From the IMG/VR virus record IMGVR_UViG_3300036782_000034, positions 1-46,324 of that record: a DNA stretch of 46,324 nucleotides; one strand, given 5' to 3'. Below the pieces are notes generated by a model. The model was not told the DNA's origin and searched no databases. It saw only the letters and a program-made list of their open reading frames with translations. The first letter of the stretch is position 1. Each line of letters starts with the position of its first letter. Positions 6,676-13,871 of the stretch are shown piece by piece. The DNA is from a virus. Position numbers and translations under genes: made by a program.

Positions 6676-7983
6676 TTACACTCCTTTTTCGATGAATAAA
6701 TTCGTTTTCTTAACAAACTGGAATGGTAATGTTCCGACGAATCCGTTACGGTTCTTTGCAATAATTAACTCCACATCATGAATGTCTTCCACTTCTCTTT
6801 GCTCTCTATCAAAGTAAGCAGGACGGTGAGGGAAGATAATCACATCTGCAATCTCTTCTATACTTCCTGACTCCCTGATATCGGACATTGCCGGTGCTTT
6901 ATCTTGTTTACCCTCTACTCCACGATTAAGCTGTGCTACAAGGATGATAGGGACGTTAAATTCCTTCTGCATATCTTTCAGTTGTTTCATGATGTATGTA
7001 AACTTCAAATGGTTGCTATCAAACGATTCATCTATATCTACATGTCCTAAGTGATCTATTGCAAATAAGTGTTTTTTACCTGGATTCTCATTTACAGTTT
7101 TGCGAATCACTGCGCGAATCTCATTGATTCCCTTTTCAGACCTAACATTTATATTTAGTTCTGCAAGCTCTCCGCATGCCTTGTGGTATTTCTCCCAATA
7201 TTCTTGGCGACCATTAAAGAATTTGTTCGGATTGTTCATCGTAGCGACTGGAATCTTTCCTTCTGTCGCAATCCATCTGTCAATGATCTTTGTTTCATCC
7301 ATCTCACATGAGAAGAATGTACCCATATAATCTTTGCTCGCTTTCGCGCCGCGTCGCATCGTTTCTAATACGAAAGCCGTTTTACCAACCGATGGTCTTG
7401 CTGCCACGATAATTAAATCTGAAGGTTGCCATCCATCTAATGCATTGTTGATGCTCGTAAACCCTGTTGGTGTTCCGCTCAAGCCTTGTTCTGGCATTTG
7501 GCTATGTTGTTGCACCCTAATTTGTAACTTCTCTTTAAAAGAAGGCTGTGGCTTTATAGTGGCAATTTGAACATTATTAATCTTTGAAATTAGTTCATTT
7601 AGTTGCTTAGAGCTGTGTACGAACTTCGTTTTATCTTTAAAGTTTTCAACTTCTTGCAAGGCTTCTTCAATCGCTACGAACTCGATCATCTTATCTTGTG
7701 TGAATTTGAAGTTATGACTTAATACTCCTAATCCATAGACGTTACTTAATGTATTTACACCGCCGAACATTGCCATTCTGTTCTCTCCTACTTGAGCTAG
7801 AGAGTTCATATCCGCCGGCTTGTCCTCATTTCGTAATTCCTTCATTACTTTAAACAAGTTTTTATTGTGTGGATTCATGTAATGCTTAGGTCTTAATCGT
7901 GTTTCATCTATTAAACTGTTATCTCGCATCATCATGCCGAGACTATGACATTCGTTTTCGTAATGAACCTGGTACTTATCCAT
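6676..7983 (-). CDS. dnaB: Replicative DNA helicase, DnaB family
   Basis: 435 aa. Contains GTPTGF...LDGWQPSDLIIVAARPSVGKTAF (Walker A) and later RecA-like motifs (LFAIDHLG, ILVAQLNR). Confidence 0.9.
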   Translation of the reverse strand: MDKYQVHYENECHSLGMMMRDNSLIDETRLRPKHYMNPHNKNLFKVMKELRNEDKPADMNSLAQVGENRMAMFGGVNTLSNVYGLGVLSHNFKFTQDKMIEFVAIEEALQEVENFKDKTKFVHSSKQLNELISKINNVQIATIKPQPSFKEKLQIRVQQHSQMPEQGLSGTPTGFTSINNALDGWQPSDLIIVAARPSVGKTAFVLETMRRGAKASKDYMGTFFSCEMDETKIIDRWIATEGKIPVATMNNPNKFFNGRQEYWEKYHKACGELAELNINVRSEKGINEIRAVIRKTVNENPGKKHLFAIDHLGHVDIDESFDSNHLKFTYIMKQLKDMQKEFNVPIILVAQLNRGVEGKQDKAPAMSDIRESGSIEEIADVIIFPHRPAYFDREQREVEDIHDVELIIAKNRNGFVGTLPFQFVKKTNLFIEKGV

Positions 7984-7993
7984 CCGTTACACC

Positions 7994-8749
7994 TCAATCA
8001 AGTAAATTATCAATAGAATAGTTAGCTGTTTGTTGTTGCTTTTGTTCAGGTTTCTTATATTCAAGGTATCTTTCATCATTTAAGAAACCTTCCAACATCT
8101 TGATATACGTAAGCTCTGTATTGTTACGATCACATTCCTTTGCATAGCATGTAATTCCGTACTTAATGTCTTCGTGACTATGCGTTTTATCTAGAGCTTC
8201 TTTATAACGTTGGAATGCTTTCGGTTTGTTTCTTTTCTTTGGATAAATGCTCCATATTTCTTCAAAGTCATCACTGTAAGAATTCTTCTTAGGCTTCTTC
8301 TTCGTGTCTGCTTTAGCAGCACATATATTATTGTTGTTATTCTCTGTAGTAATCTCTGGTAATGGTCGGGTCATGTTGTCACTCTCATCGGGACAAGTTG
8401 TCACTATGGTCGTGCCACTTTGTCCACCGATGTCATTTAACACTTCATAATTTATGGAATACCACTTAGTACGATCTATTGCTAATTTGTTGTAGTTACC
8501 TACAAACAACAAATTTCTATCTTCAAGACTTTTGAATATCCGTTTCAGTGTGCGTTCGCTCCAGAAAGGGAATTGTTCGTTCCATTTAGGAAAACTGTTG
8601 TAAATCCATCTTTTCTCGTCATGAAAGTGACGGGACATTTGTTGCCAATAATGTATTTGTTGCAACACTATCGCTTCATTTAACCCAATTTCCTTCGCTA
8701 AAGAAGGTAGAACCATCAATGGCGGTTCGTGTATTAATAAATTGCTCAT
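7994..8749 (-). CDS. Replication initiation/helicase-loading protein (DnaD / replisome-organizer-like)
   Basis: Lies immediately upstream of dnaB. The N-terminal winged-helix-like segment (LAKEIGLNEAIVLQQIHYWQQ) is typical of phage DnaD-like proteins (by eye). Confidence 0.55.
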   Translation of the reverse strand: MSNLLIHEPPLMVLPSLAKEIGLNEAIVLQQIHYWQQMSRHFHDEKRWIYNSFPKWNEQFPFWSERTLKRIFKSLEDRNLLFVGNYNKLAIDRTKWYSINYEVLNDIGGQSGTTIVTTCPDESDNMTRPLPEITTENNNNNICAAKADTKKKPKKNSYSDDFEEIWSIYPKKRNKPKAFQRYKEALDKTHSHEDIKYGITCYAKECDRNNTELTYIKMLEGFLNDERYLEYKKPEQKQQQTANYSIDNLLD

Positions 8750-8971
8750 TTAGTCCACCTTCTTCATCCAACATTCATAACTCACTAAGTCTTCCATTCC
8801 TGTGAATCGAACCTTGTCTCTTCCTCTAAATTTACCTTCATGATGGAAAGTCTTTTCTGCTCTATATACTTTCTTGATTGGCGTTATATAGTCATAACCT
8901 CTAGCTTCTAAATCACGAACTGCTGTTAACATTTCTTTCATCGATCCACGTCTTACAGGTATCTTAAACAT
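8750..8971 (-). CDS. Hypothetical protein (73 aa)
   Basis: Track ORF trimmed to the ATG overlapping the upstream stop (TGATG). Confidence 0.55.
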   Translation of the reverse strand: MFKIPVRRGSMKEMLTAVRDLEARGYDYITPIKKVYRAEKTFHHEGKFRGRDKVRFTGMEDLVSYECWMKKVD

Positions 8972-9156
8972 CAATCTCCACACCTTTCACATTTGGCTAT
9001 ACCGTCATTTACTTCCAAAATCTTATATCCGGGATAACGCTGTGGTATGCGATTCAGATACCTGCAAGCGTTCCTCATAATTTCCTGTTCATTTATTGTG
9101 CCCTCATAAACCCATGCCGGGAGGACGACACTTGATATAACTTTTTGATTCAGCAT
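8971..9156 (-). CDS. Hypothetical protein (61 aa)
   Basis: ORF track. Confidence 0.55.
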   Translation of the reverse strand: MLNQKVISSVVLPAWVYEGTINEQEIMRNACRYLNRIPQRYPGYKILEVNDGIAKCERCGD

Positions 9157-9170
9157 GGGGTTTCATCTCC

Positions 9171-9797
9171 TTAGTTTGCTTTCTCTAATGCTTCAACTTG
9201 TTCTTTTGGCTCTTCCGTTTCTTTTTCTGCTTGTTTAACCCATTTAGCTAACTTTTTGATTACTTCATCAGCTTGTGCCTTTGTTAACTCTGTAACTTCT
9301 GCAATGCTTAGATGACCTTTTATCGTGTCCTCATCTACTTTTCGAAGAGTAGCGAGCTTTTTGATGTTTAATTTGATCGCTCCGACTTGCTGAGAAGAAA
9401 TAGGATCTTCTTGTATTTCGGGCAAATCTTCACCTGCATAGATGTATAATCCCAATCCATGAAGTGCGATTGCTTTTACTAAGCAACGTTGAATACTTGT
9501 GTTAATATCGAAACTATTCGGCTCCGCAATCGGTTTGTTTTGATTGTTAAGTATCGGATGAATCTGACTCAGTGGTAATCCTTGTACAGTTACTTCAACT
9601 TCTACAAAATAACCACAATCCGTTTTAAGGTAAGGAACGCCATCAAATCGCTTAACTTCCCATGTTGCTGTCGGATCTACTTCACGAAGCTTTTTAACTG
9701 CCCACGCCCATGATAAGTAGCTAAAGCGCCCTTTCTTTTCAACGTGTTCCGAACAATCTATTTGAGCTAATTTAGAAAAGTAATTTACAGTTGTCAT
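9171..9797 (-). CDS. Single-strand annealing protein, Sak/Rad52-like (DUF1071-type)
   Basis: N-terminal pattern ...KKGRFSYLSWAWAVKKLREVDP...W resembles Sak-type recombinases. Position in the replication/recombination module fits. Recognition by eye only. Confidence 0.5.
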   Translation of the reverse strand: MTTVNYFSKLAQIDCSEHVEKKGRFSYLSWAWAVKKLREVDPTATWEVKRFDGVPYLKTDCGYFVEVEVTVQGLPLSQIHPILNNQNKPIAEPNSFDINTSIQRCLVKAIALHGLGLYIYAGEDLPEIQEDPISSQQVGAIKLNIKKLATLRKVDEDTIKGHLSIAEVTELTKAQADEVIKKLAKWVKQAEKETEEPKEQVEALEKAN

Positions 9798-9814
9798 ATG
9801 AATCTTCCTCTCTT

Positions 9815-10000
9815 TTAAAATGGTGATACTTCTGTTTGTTTGCTAGCTTCATAAACTTCCATAAGTGCTTTTAATCCATATTCGTAAGCTAGAACCATTG
9901 ATGATGCATTTGGTTCGTCACTTTGCTTATATCGTTCAACCAAACTCATCAGAATTTGAATTTCAGCTTCTATTTTGTTTTGTAGAGCCATCTTATTCAC
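9815..10000 (-). CDS. Hypothetical protein (61 aa)
   Basis: ORF track. Confidence 0.55.
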   Translation of the reverse strand: MNKMALQNKIEAEIQILMSLVERYKQSDEPNASSMVLAYEYGLKALMEVYEASKQTEVSPF

Positions 10001-10193
10001 CTGCTACTTTCGTAATTGAATGATCAACTACATACTCTTCAACACATTCCGTTGAGTTGTGGATGTAGTCTCCGTCAAAATCCAAGTACTCTTCACCCAA
10101 ATAAATCTCTTGAGAGCACCCTTCGCAATTCCCAATAGAATCATTAGTTGATGAATCGTGATGGTTTCCGATTAACATTCCGTTTTCAGTCAT
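9993..10193 (-). CDS. Hypothetical acidic Cys-containing protein (66 aa)
   Basis: ORF track. Confidence 0.55.
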   Translation of the reverse strand: MTENGMLIGNHHDSSTNDSIGNCEGCSQEIYLGEEYLDFDGDYIHNSTECVEEYVVDHSITKVAGE

Positions 10194-10365
10194 TTTTACG
10201 CCCCTCCATTAAGTTGATAGCTTGTCCTTGTGGTTTATCGAAAACTACCTTTAATGGTTGAAATAACATTGATGACATTTGAAGCATTTCGTTTTGCTCA
10301 TTCGTTAATGCCACTGGGTATAGCACTCCATCCTTGCAATACATTAAAACTACGCCGTCTTTCAT
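10186..10365 (-). CDS. Hypothetical small protein, 59 aa (MKDGVVLMYCKDGVLYPVALTNEQNEMLQ...)
   Basis: Codon-by-codon hand translation. AGGAGG RBS 8 nt upstream. Just below the track cutoff. Confidence 0.45.
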   Translation of the reverse strand: MKDGVVLMYCKDGVLYPVALTNEQNEMLQMSSMLFQPLKVVFDKPQGQAINLMEGRKND

Positions 10366-10466
10366 AATTAACTTCCTCCTTGTTTTTAGGAGAAAAGATT
10401 TGGTATAATGTAAGTAGAAAGATTTACATTTCTTTTCTCCAAACCGTCCTAGGCGTAGGGCGGTTT

Positions 10467-10655
10467 TTATTTTGTTTTTATTCCTTTTCCCCAGCGTTTA
10501 TAGATAGGGATGATTGGCATAAATTCGATGATGTCAGCCTTCCATTCTGGCGGTTCACCTTCAAAACGACTTTCCACTTCATAATGTTCAAATCTACATA
10601 AGTACTTGTTTCCTTCTAAATCCTTGCAATATGTCGGTTCGAAACATGGTGACAT
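10467..10655 (-). CDS. Hypothetical protein (62 aa)
   Basis: ORF track. Confidence 0.5.
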   Translation of the reverse strand: MSPCFEPTYCKDLEGNKYLCRFEHYEVESRFEGEPPEWKADIIEFMPIIPIYKRWGKGIKTK

Positions 10656-10667
10656 CTCAATTCCTCC

Positions 10668-11108
10668 TTAATTCTTTTCCCATCTTCCAATCCGAGTTAA
10701 ATCATTCATAAACTTTTCTTGGTTCATTTCGATAATTGCTTCATGAGTAATGAATATACTCGCTCGCTTCAATACTTTTTCTTTTAACCAAAGCGTTCTA
10801 CCAAAATAGTAGACATAATGGATTCCGTTCTCTTTTTGCTGTAACATGACATTTCCATACCGTTTGAATGTGTTTCGAATTTCTTTCACTAAATCGTCCC
10901 ACTCTTTGTTAGCAAACGATGTTTTCGTGTCGTTATACCAATTGATTTTTTGATAATCAGTATCATCATCTGGATCGCTAGTACAAACTTCTTTCCCGCG
11001 ATTTTCTTGCGTTAAATATTGTTCATACGTAAGTTGTACCTGCTCTTGTATCTCTACATGGTAGAAATAACCTTGTTCTTTTGGTTTTGGGCTATAAAAG
11101 TTACTCAT
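10668..11108 (-). CDS. Hypothetical protein (146 aa)
   Basis: Track ORF 10668..11243 trimmed to the ATG at 11108 (AGGGGA 7 nt upstream). The removed N-terminal extension lies in a hairpin-rich leader. Confidence 0.6.
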   Translation of the reverse strand: MSNFYSPKPKEQGYFYHVEIQEQVQLTYEQYLTQENRGKEVCTSDPDDDTDYQKINWYNDTKTSFANKEWDDLVKEIRNTFKRYGNVMLQQKENGIHYVYYFGRTLWLKEKVLKRASIFITHEAIIEMNQEKFMNDLTRIGRWEKN

Positions 11109-11114
11109 TTCCAT

Positions 11115-11230
11115 TCCCCTTTCTTGATGCCTTCGAGCATCGGAATATCCAGGAACAGTTGCATTGGTGGGGGACACCTGTTTTTTTGTTTTATGTAGTT
11201 CCTGAATATTCCGACAAGCGAAGGCTTGTC
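11115..11230 (-). promoter_or_regulatory. Structured 5' leader with a 16-bp stem
   Basis: Arms 11141-11156 / 11198-11213 pair over 16 bp with one G-U on minus (an A-C mismatch on plus). Flanked by hairpins gatgc/gcatc (11126-11141) and gacaagc-gaag-gcttgtc (11213-11230). Confidence 0.45.
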
Positions 11231-11252
11231 CTATCTTAATCAAATAATGATT

Positions 11253-11390
11253 TCATTCGAAAATAATGTTCATATCGATGTCGCATTCATAACCGCACTC
11301 TATATTAGGGCAATTAATAAATATCATATTTTCACTTGTATCCAACTCTAAGTTTCCAGTGCAATTTGGACATATCAATTCACTTTTCAT
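11253..11390 (-). CDS. Zinc-ribbon small protein, 45 aa (MKSELICPNCTGNLELD...NCPNIECGYECD...)
   Basis: Hand translation. GAGGGAG RBS 5 nt upstream. CPNC...CPNIEC motifs. Confidence 0.45.
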   Translation of the reverse strand: MKSELICPNCTGNLELDTSENMIFINCPNIECGYECDIDMNIIFE

Positions 11391-11427
11391 CTTTCTCCCT
11401 CTTTTCTACAAAATTAAAATTGATTAC

Positions 11428-11565
11428 CTATTTAGCTAGAGTGATAAACTCCTTATGCATTTCCTCAACCTTATCTGCGCTGTTATGTACACCTCTAGCT
11501 CGTAAATCACGTATCATTTTGATGATGTTTGCTTTGTCTTCCTTATCCTTCTGCTGTTTATCCAT
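11428..11565 (-). CDS. Hypothetical small protein, 45 aa (MDKQQKDKEDKANIIKMIRDLRARG...)
   Basis: Hand translation. AAGGGA upstream. The start overlaps the upstream stop (TGATG). Confidence 0.4.
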   Translation of the reverse strand: MDKQQKDKEDKANIIKMIRDLRARGVHNSADKVEEMHKEFITLAK

Positions 11566-11678
11566 CAATTTTCATCCCTTATATACCGTCTATCTATCCA
11601 ATCCATCAGACGAATAAATCCCGCAATCCCAATGAATATAACCAGTATCATGAAATGTGAGAATGTGCTTTCTTCCAT
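11565..11678 (-). CDS. Possible small membrane peptide, 37 aa (MEESTFSHFMILVIFIGIAGFIRLMDW...)
   Basis: Hand translation. One hydrophobic helix. AAGGAG sits 11 nt upstream, which is long spacing. Confidence 0.3.
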   Translation of the reverse strand: MEESTFSHFMILVIFIGIAGFIRLMDWIDRRYIRDEN

Positions 11679-11681
11679 TGT

Positions 11682-11870
11682 TTACACCGCTCCTTCCGAA
11701 TGATCGTGTAATAAATCCAAAGCCATTTCTATTAGTACTTCTAGATGTTCAGTTCTACTTGTAATACAAGGAAACGTCCCTTGTTCATTAGTTATGGTCC
11801 CAGGATAACGATCTCTTCTATCTGTAAACGTAGATTCTAAGATTTCAATCGCTTCTTTTAACTGACTCAT
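11682..11870 (-). CDS. Hypothetical protein (62 aa)
   Basis: ORF track. 4-nt overlap with the antirepressor gene. Confidence 0.55.
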   Translation of the reverse strand: MSQLKEAIEILESTFTDRRDRYPGTITNEQGTFPCITSRTEHLEVLIEMALDLLHDHSEGAV

Positions 11871-12595
11871 GCTGTAGCACTTCCTTTATTAAGCAGCTTG
11901 TCTGCTACACGAACCGCATCTTCTAGTTGATTTGTCATTGATAAGTACTGTGGTCTTGTTAGGTCTTTCAAACCATGTTTCTCTTTATATTTGGTAATTC
12001 GTAATTTCAAGTTAGTCTTGTATGCAGTGTTGAATGCATCTGTGAAAGCTCTCCATGCATTCGGAATGGTCATTTTCTCTTGTTGTGCATGTCGTCTAAT
12101 CATTTTGTTTAAGCGTTGCTGCAAGTCACCGATTGTGTCGATTCTGTCAATGTTATCTAATCGGTGATTCACTGTTGTTACTTGCTGTTCTAGATGAACC
12201 ATTCTTTTTTCACTTTCCATATTTTGTTGAGCTAACATATAGATCAACTCAGCTGGTGACTTCGCTTGTTGTTGGCGGAATCGTTTTTCTACTTCAATAA
12301 AGTATTTTCTGATTGCTCTACCAGCTTCATTGTTTTGTACCATCGCAATTTCTTTCGCTGTATCTATGGTTAGTAAATATTCTGTAGATGGTCTACCGTT
12401 TGTTTTACTCAAAAATGAGTAAAAGTCTTCGTTTTGTGCAAACCCATAATTGTTAATCAATCTAGAAATCCAATCGTTGAATCTTGTGTTAACTAACAAT
12501 TGTTCATGAAGTTCTCTTGCGTTTACTACTTTTTCGTTGTTTTCGTTTTGATAAACCGGAAGTATTTCATTTGCGATTACTTTTAATTGATTCAT
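11867..12595 (-). CDS. Phage antirepressor (AntA/ORF6N-like N-terminal domain)
   Basis: N-terminus LKVI..ILPVYQNENNEKVVNARELHEQL...FNDWI...YGF..NEDF is the typical antirepressor N-domain pattern. Second gene of the cro operon. Confidence 0.7.
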   Translation of the reverse strand: MNQLKVIANEILPVYQNENNEKVVNARELHEQLLVNTRFNDWISRLINNYGFAQNEDFYSFLSKTNGRPSTEYLLTIDTAKEIAMVQNNEAGRAIRKYFIEVEKRFRQQQAKSPAELIYMLAQQNMESEKRMVHLEQQVTTVNHRLDNIDRIDTIGDLQQRLNKMIRRHAQQEKMTIPNAWRAFTDAFNTAYKTNLKLRITKYKEKHGLKDLTRPQYLSMTNQLEDAVRVADKLLNKGSATA

Positions 12596-12615
12596 TTTCT
12601 TTCCTCCTTATTCGT

Positions 12616-12640
12616 TTTTTGAGACGTCTCTTTTTGAGAC
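12616..12640. promoter_or_regulatory. Repeated TTTTTGAGAC boxes around the palindrome gagacgtctc
   Basis: tttttgagac at 12616-12625 and 12631-12640. gagacgtctc is palindromic at 12621-12630. Related boxes occur at 12907-12922 and 12964-12973. Confidence 0.45.
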
Positions 12641-12660
12641 CTGCAAGGTAAAAAAAGAGA

Positions 12661-12858
12661 CTACTTTGTTAATTCATCAATAGTAACTTCATACAAACCA
12701 GCGAGTAAAGACAATCTATGTAAGTTAGGTTCACGCTTTCCTGTTTCTACTTGAGAATACGAGTTCCTGTTCGTGTAACCCATTGTTTCAGCTACTTCAA
12801 CCTGCGTGAAACCTTTAGAAAGTCTTAGCTCCCTAATCTTTTCCGTGTTTAATTTCAT
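12661..12858 (-). CDS. Cro-like XRE-family HTH regulator (65 aa)
   Basis: Classic HTH_3 pattern (LRLSKGFTQVEVAETMGYTNRNSYSQVETGKREP). Divergent from the cI-like gene. Confidence 0.8.
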   Translation of the reverse strand: MKLNTEKIRELRLSKGFTQVEVAETMGYTNRNSYSQVETGKREPNLHRLSLLAGLYEVTIDELTK

Positions 12859-13071
12859 TCGGTATCACCCTTTGTTCGTTTCGTTGATTTGAGTATAACA
12901 TAGGGAGTCTCTTTTTGAGAACCCCTAAATTTAAAAAAATAAAAATTTTTAAAAGTGTTGTCATTTTGAGAACAAATTTGTTAAATTTAAGATATAGGAA
13001 ATGTATTTATATAATTATTTTTAGTGTTAGTAAGTAAAAGTTACTAATAAATATTAAGGGGAATAAAAAGA
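12859..13071. promoter_or_regulatory. Divergent cro / cI-like control region with TTTTGAGA(A/C)C boxes
   Basis: AT-rich 213-bp intergenic region. Boxes gtctctttttgagaac (12907-12922) and ttttgagaac (12964-12973) repeat the 12626-12641 sequence. Confidence 0.6.
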
Positions 13072-13422
13072 ATGGACTACAAATTAATTAGTAGACGTGT
13101 TAAAGAGATAAGGACTGACATACTAAAACTTAGTCAAAGAGAATTCGCTGAAGCGTTAGGAATACAGAGCAGATCTGCTGTTTCTATGTGGGAGAATGAA
13201 GAAAGTACAAAATGCCCATCTAAAAAGATGAGCTTAGAAATCGCGAAGCTTGCTAATGTATCGGTTTCTTATGTATTAGGAGAATCTGACGAAAAGAATC
13301 CTGAATCAGTAGCTAAAGACGACTTAGAACAAGTAATGATAGATATACGTTCTAAAAACCCAGACAAACAAAAAGAACTAATTGAGATGATAAAACAACT
13401 AGTTAAAATATCAGGCGATTGA
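13072..13422 (+). CDS. cI-like XRE-family repressor (116 aa)
   Basis: N-terminal HTH_3 (LKLSQREFAEALGIQSRSAVSMWENEES). Divergent from the cro-like gene. AAGGGGAATAAAAAGA precedes the ATG. Confidence 0.8.
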   Translation: MDYKLISRRVKEIRTDILKLSQREFAEALGIQSRSAVSMWENEESTKCPSKKMSLEIAKLANVSVSYVLGESDEKNPESVAKDDLEQVMIDIRSKNPDKQKELIEMIKQLVKISGD

Positions 13423-13458
13423 TAGCATCAAATGCTACCGATCGCCTCTTTTATTTTT
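13413..13458 (+). terminator. Intrinsic terminator of the cI-like gene
   Basis: 16-nt arms 13413-13428 / 13432-13447 (one G-U, one mismatch) followed by cttttattttt. Confidence 0.6.
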
Positions 13459-13565
13459 AATAGCATCTCATAAGACTCTGCATCCCCATTTTGAGCCGCA
13501 TTAAAGATACCTTGTAAGTTATTTTCAATTTCTACCAATTCTTTCTCGATGTTAGTTTGTTCCAT
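13428..13565 (-). CDS. Small ORF downstream of the peptide gene, 45 aa (MEQTNIEKELVEIENNLQGIFNAAQNGDAESYEMLLKIKEAIGSI). Positional analog of aimX.
   Basis: Codon-by-codon hand translation. GGAGGA RBS 8 nt upstream. Ends 5 nt from the converging cI-like stop. Below the track cutoff. Confidence 0.45.
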   Translation of the reverse strand: MEQTNIEKELVEIENNLQGIFNAAQNGDAESYEMLLKIKEAIGSI

Positions 13566-13596
13566 CCCTAAATCCTCCAATATTCTCATAGTAGTT

Positions 13597-13612
13597 TGTG
13601 AATTAATTCACA
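13597..13612. promoter_or_regulatory. Perfect 16-bp palindrome TGTGAATTAATTCACA, candidate receptor (AimR-like) operator
   Basis: Read directly. Lies between the peptide-gene terminator and the 45-aa ORF, over a region with only weak -35/-10 matches. Confidence 0.5.
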
Positions 13613-13653
13613 TTCATTGAACTTTACTTCGTTTCTGATAAAAAGTTCAATAA

Positions 13654-13701
13654 CCCCAAAAATGAAGAATGACGTCTTCTGCAAGAGAAGACGTCATTCT
13701 T
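13654..13701 (-). terminator. Strong intrinsic terminator after the peptide gene
   Basis: 16-bp perfect stem (13665-13680 / 13686-13701), loop gcaag. On minus it is followed by CAUUUUUGGGG. Confidence 0.75.
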
Positions 13702-13715
13702 ATATATCTATTAAA

Positions 13716-13865
13716 TTAAATTCCTGTCCCAGGATCAGACATAAACATAATTGTATTTTGTGGTTCCTTAGCAACTTGTTTCGGTTGCTCTTTGTTGTCA
13801 GCAGGAGCGAATAAAAAACCGCCAGCTAACGCTACGCTTGTGATTAGCGATAGTACTTTTTTCAT
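13716..13865 (-). CDS. aimP: Secreted pro-peptide of the RRNPP/arbitrium-like system, 49 aa (MKKVLSLITSVALAGGFLFAPADNKEQPKQVAKEPQNTIMFMSDPGTGI)
   Basis: Codon-by-codon hand translation. The ATG lies 6 nt after the receptor stop. N-terminus is MKK + hydrophobic core + small residues (signal-peptide-like), followed by a polar linker and short C-terminal tail. Below the 60-aa track cutoff. Confidence 0.7.
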   Translation of the reverse strand: MKKVLSLITSVALAGGFLFAPADNKEQPKQVAKEPQNTIMFMSDPGTGI

Positions 13866-13871
13866 TTAGCA

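Noticed and set aside
10668-11243. 191-aa version of the ORF (track)
   Set aside because: The first 45 codons run through three strong hairpins and lack an RBS. The internal ATG at 11108 has AGGGGA at proper spacing.
1445-11617. Plus-strand track ORFs in the early region (1445..1708, 3254..3620, 3634..4080, 4317..4523, 6247..6495, 7100..7570, 10380..10601, 11336..11617)
   Set aside because: They are antisense to co-oriented minus-strand genes with RBSs and coupled starts. The sequences are hydrophobic or low-complexity, typical of shadow ORFs.
13617-13814. 65-aa plus-strand track ORF between the receptor gene and the cI-like gene
   Set aside because: It is the antisense shadow of the 49-aa pro-peptide ORF and its terminator. 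It has no RBS, and its sequence (MNFTSFLIKSSITPKMKNDVFCKRRRHSYISIKLNSC...) is implausible.
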